DNA of 59,753 bases from the NCBI GenBank assembly GCA_964228865.1, contig CAXRAI010000045.1, forward strand, positions 1 to 59,753, given 5' to 3'. Origin of the DNA: Salinimicrobium sp. GTDB lineage: Archaea; Thermoplasmatota; Poseidoniia; Poseidoniales; Poseidoniaceae. The notes beneath the pieces were generated by a model. That model searched no databases, was not told the origin of the DNA, and worked only from the letters and a program-made list of their open reading frames with translations. This document shows positions 58,401-59,753 of the stretch, one piece after another; positions within the stretch are counted from its first letter, which is position 1, and the number at the start of each line of letters is the position of its first letter. The position numbers and the translations under genes are program-made.

Positions 58401-58733
58401 ATGACGCTCAACACGCAGGACGGTGAAGCGCAGGTCAGCCTCGTGCTCGACATGGCGGAAACGCCCGCGTTGCTCAGCCGTGGCCTGGCCCGCGACATCA
58501 CCCGACGCGTGCAGGCTCGCCGCAAAGCGCTGGACTTGGCCATCGAAGCGACGATTTCCCTGCAGGTCTGGACGACCAATGCTCCCGACCTCGCCTCGGA
58601 GGACCGCCAGTACATCGCCAGCGAAACGCGCGCCGCTGAAGCCGTGTTCCACGACGTGGGTGACGCTCCCGCCGAAGCGGAAGGCTTCGAGGTGGACGGC
58701 GCCACGGTCCACGTGCTTGTCGTCGAGGCCTGA
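55446..58733 (+). CDS. ileS: Isoleucine--tRNA ligase (type 2)
   Basis: EGPPTANG.PGIHH, GWDTHGLP, WTTTPWTL, DWAISR.RYWG, DQTRGWF and KMSKS. Confidence 0.97.
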   Translation: MPRPSPAGDLDPVALEGDLLKQWAEEGAFQASIEARRGGAPFIFLEGPPTANGKPGIHHVVARTYKDIVCRWKTMQGFVVERKGGWDTHGLPVEIEVQKRLDLMSNEQIEAFGMQAFNDACRESVWTYEQAWREMTERMAYWVDLDDPYVTLDNTYVESTWWAMKRMFDQGLLYRGHKVLPYCPQTGTSYSSHEVALGYKEVEEPSVYVKFRLVDDEASVLAWTTTPWTLPGNVGLAVGPEVTYVRVRVTADPEAWEGAGGATVGEELILAEDLMGEVLRHHVEVVERIQGADLVGRAYHPLFPEAVPRGDSTTAWTVLSADWVTTTDGTGVVHTAVMYGEDDYHLGMEAGLPAHHTVGMDGAFVEGVHPELDGRYVKSCDEDIIRLLASDGGPGNNGAASGVLYREKAYLHDYPHCWRTDHPLLYYAMDSWFVRMTAVKDRLLAFNDQVEWAPDWVGEGRFGEWLRNVKDWAISRERYWGTPLPVWRSETGEMLCVGSIAELQAEVEKANAAGFENPACPDDVDLHRPVVDAFTLVSPTGLPMQREPFVMDCWFDSGCAPFAQWHHPFDGGERFDASFPVDYICEGVDQTRGWFYTLLAVSTTVFDSPAYKRCLSLGLILDAEGKKMSKSRGNIVDPWDHFNREGADATRWYMVTAGAPWNPLKFDSNGVRETYAKMFLTLWNVYKFHADYAALDGYDAETSEPMDVADRPALDRWILSRLATVAQAYHEGFVTWDYHKACRELEDFVVNDLSNWYVRRSRRRLWDGAQTVDKLACQHTLHEVLTTVCRLVAPVAPFMVDVIHRNLTGEAVHQAAWPLGVPGGLEGATADAWDADAEAATANLPPQDASLEATMALVRELAETGRRIRVDANRRQRLPCREGWIVAGPDLSAFHDLLEEELNVEAIQAEADLDRFQRLVLAPNFRALAPKARQAVNDIANAIKNAEDPEAMLTEINAGSCTIEGVAITPEDVEVRRTEREGFAAMTLNTQDGEAQVSLVLDMAETPALLSRGLARDITRRVQARRKALDLAIEATISLQVWTTNAPDLASEDRQYIASETRAAEAVFHDVGDAPAEAEGFEVDGATVHVLVVEA

Positions 58734-58735
58734 GC

Positions 58736-59482
58736 GTGCGCGTGGTCAGCCTGGTCCCCAGTTTGACCGAGACCCTGTTCGACCTTGGCTTGGGCGTGGA
58801 CCAATTGGCCGGGCGCACCCCGTGGTGCATCCATCCCGAAGCAGCCAACGACGTTCCCGTGGTGGGCGGCACGAAAACGCCGAACCTGAACAAAATCCTC
58901 GATGCCCGTCCTGACGTGGTGGTCCTCGACCGCGAGGAGAACCCGAAAGCAGTGCACGACGCGCTTGTGGAACAGGGCGTGAGGGTGGTGGTCTCCACCG
59001 TTGAACACCCTGCGGAGGTCCCTGCCTTGTTGCGGGAACTCGGCGAAGCGGTCGGTCGCACGGAGGACGGCGAGCGCTTGGCCAAGGCCACCGAAACCGC
59101 ACTCGCCGGGCAGCCCTCAACAGAGAACCCCGGCCCCCGCGTGGCCCCGATGATTTGGCACGAGCCCCTCATGGCCGTGGGACCACGACGCTATGCTGGA
59201 GCCTTGTTGGAGGCGATGGGGTGGACCGTGCCGGACCTCGATCCTGAAGGCAACGGATACCCCGTGGTCACGCCGGAGTTGCTTGTGGAACACCGCATCG
59301 AAGGCCTGCTGTTGTCCAGCGAACCCCATGAGTTTGCCTTGGAGGAAGGCGAGGCCATCGCCGATGCCGTCGAGGCTTTGGGCGCCGCGCGACCGTGGTG
59401 CAGGCTCATCGACGGCGAGGCGCTCACCTGGTTTGGATCACGCACGCATCGTTCGCTCGAAGGGGCAGAACTCCAGCCTTGA
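58736..59482 (+). CDS. Helical-backbone metal receptor (BtuF/TroA-like) protein
   Basis: RVVSLVPS.TE...LG, C.HP, VGGTK.P and EEN motifs. No signal peptide. GTG start 2 nt after the ileS stop. Confidence 0.8.
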   Translation: MRVVSLVPSLTETLFDLGLGVDQLAGRTPWCIHPEAANDVPVVGGTKTPNLNKILDARPDVVVLDREENPKAVHDALVEQGVRVVVSTVEHPAEVPALLRELGEAVGRTEDGERLAKATETALAGQPSTENPGPRVAPMIWHEPLMAVGPRRYAGALLEAMGWTVPDLDPEGNGYPVVTPELLVEHRIEGLLLSSEPHEFALEEGEAIADAVEALGAARPWCRLIDGEALTWFGSRTHRSLEGAELQP

Positions 59483-59486
59483 CGGC

Positions 59487-59738
59487 TCAATTCGTCTCGC
59501 CTGCGTCCTCGTCTCCTTCGACAGGATCCTTCTTTTCCAAAACGGCCTTCAGCTCAGCGAATTTCTTCGGGCTTTGCACCTTGAGGAACGCAAGGTATTC
59601 TTCCGTCGTTTCGAACTCGATGGGCATGACGAAAATCTCCTCGCATTCCTGGCACTGGTAGCGCTGCCCGGTCATGAAACCCATGTAGGGATAGACCTGA
59701 ACGCCGAAGCAATTTGAGCAGATACGAAACGAAGCCAT
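59487..59738 (-). CDS. Small Zn-ribbon hypothetical protein
   Basis: CSNC...YQCQEC followed by an acidic helix. Start at ATG 59738. Confidence 0.65.
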   Translation of the reverse strand: MASFRICSNCFGVQVYPYMGFMTGQRYQCQECEEIFVMPIEFETTEEYLAFLKVQSPKKFAELKAVLEKKDPVEGDEDAGETN

Positions 59739-59753
59739 GCGGGCACCCAATAC

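Noticed and set aside
55920-58712. 482-aa and 421-aa minus-strand ORFs
   Set aside because: Antisense to ileS.
55446-58733. Inteins or programmed frameshifts in ileS, arlI or glmS
   Set aside because: Lengths and motif spacing are normal, and no intein terminal motifs were seen.

Overview
High-GC (about 60% by eye), gene-dense archaeal chromosomal segment. The gene content is a TBP, an archaellum operon, Csl4, NMD3, AcnX and many giant PKD/CARDB/NEW3 membrane-anchored proteins with characteristic C-terminal tails. This fits Marine Group II Euryarchaeota (Ca. Poseidoniales, Thermoplasmatota), but that assignment is an inference. About 44 CDS are supported: housekeeping genes (asd, glmS, pgi/pmi, nth, tbp, nadE, ileS, maf, bcp), a compact Ccm heme-export cassette, a rhomboid plus S8 protease pair and five large surface proteins. 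I found no rRNA, tRNA, CRISPR array or transposase. The most notable candidates are: (1) an exosome Csl4 subunit fused to two RRM domains and a Gly/Arg-rich tail; (2) an archaellum operon (arlB-arlB-arlC-like-arlF-arlG-arlH-arlI-arlJ) tightly coupled to three uncharacterised upstream genes, including a 1646-aa multi-Ig membrane protein, with RNA hairpins bracketing the two archaellin genes and a phage-structural-like insertion in ArlF; (3) a CcmA-CcmB fusion with a small CcmD-like ORF missing from the ORF track; (4) a large-then-small AcnX fusion; (5) an IleRS with a GIHH signature; (6) a recurrent relaxed TATA-like element (TT[G/C]AAG) about 29 nt upstream of start codons. All family calls come from motif recognition by eye, not from database searches.
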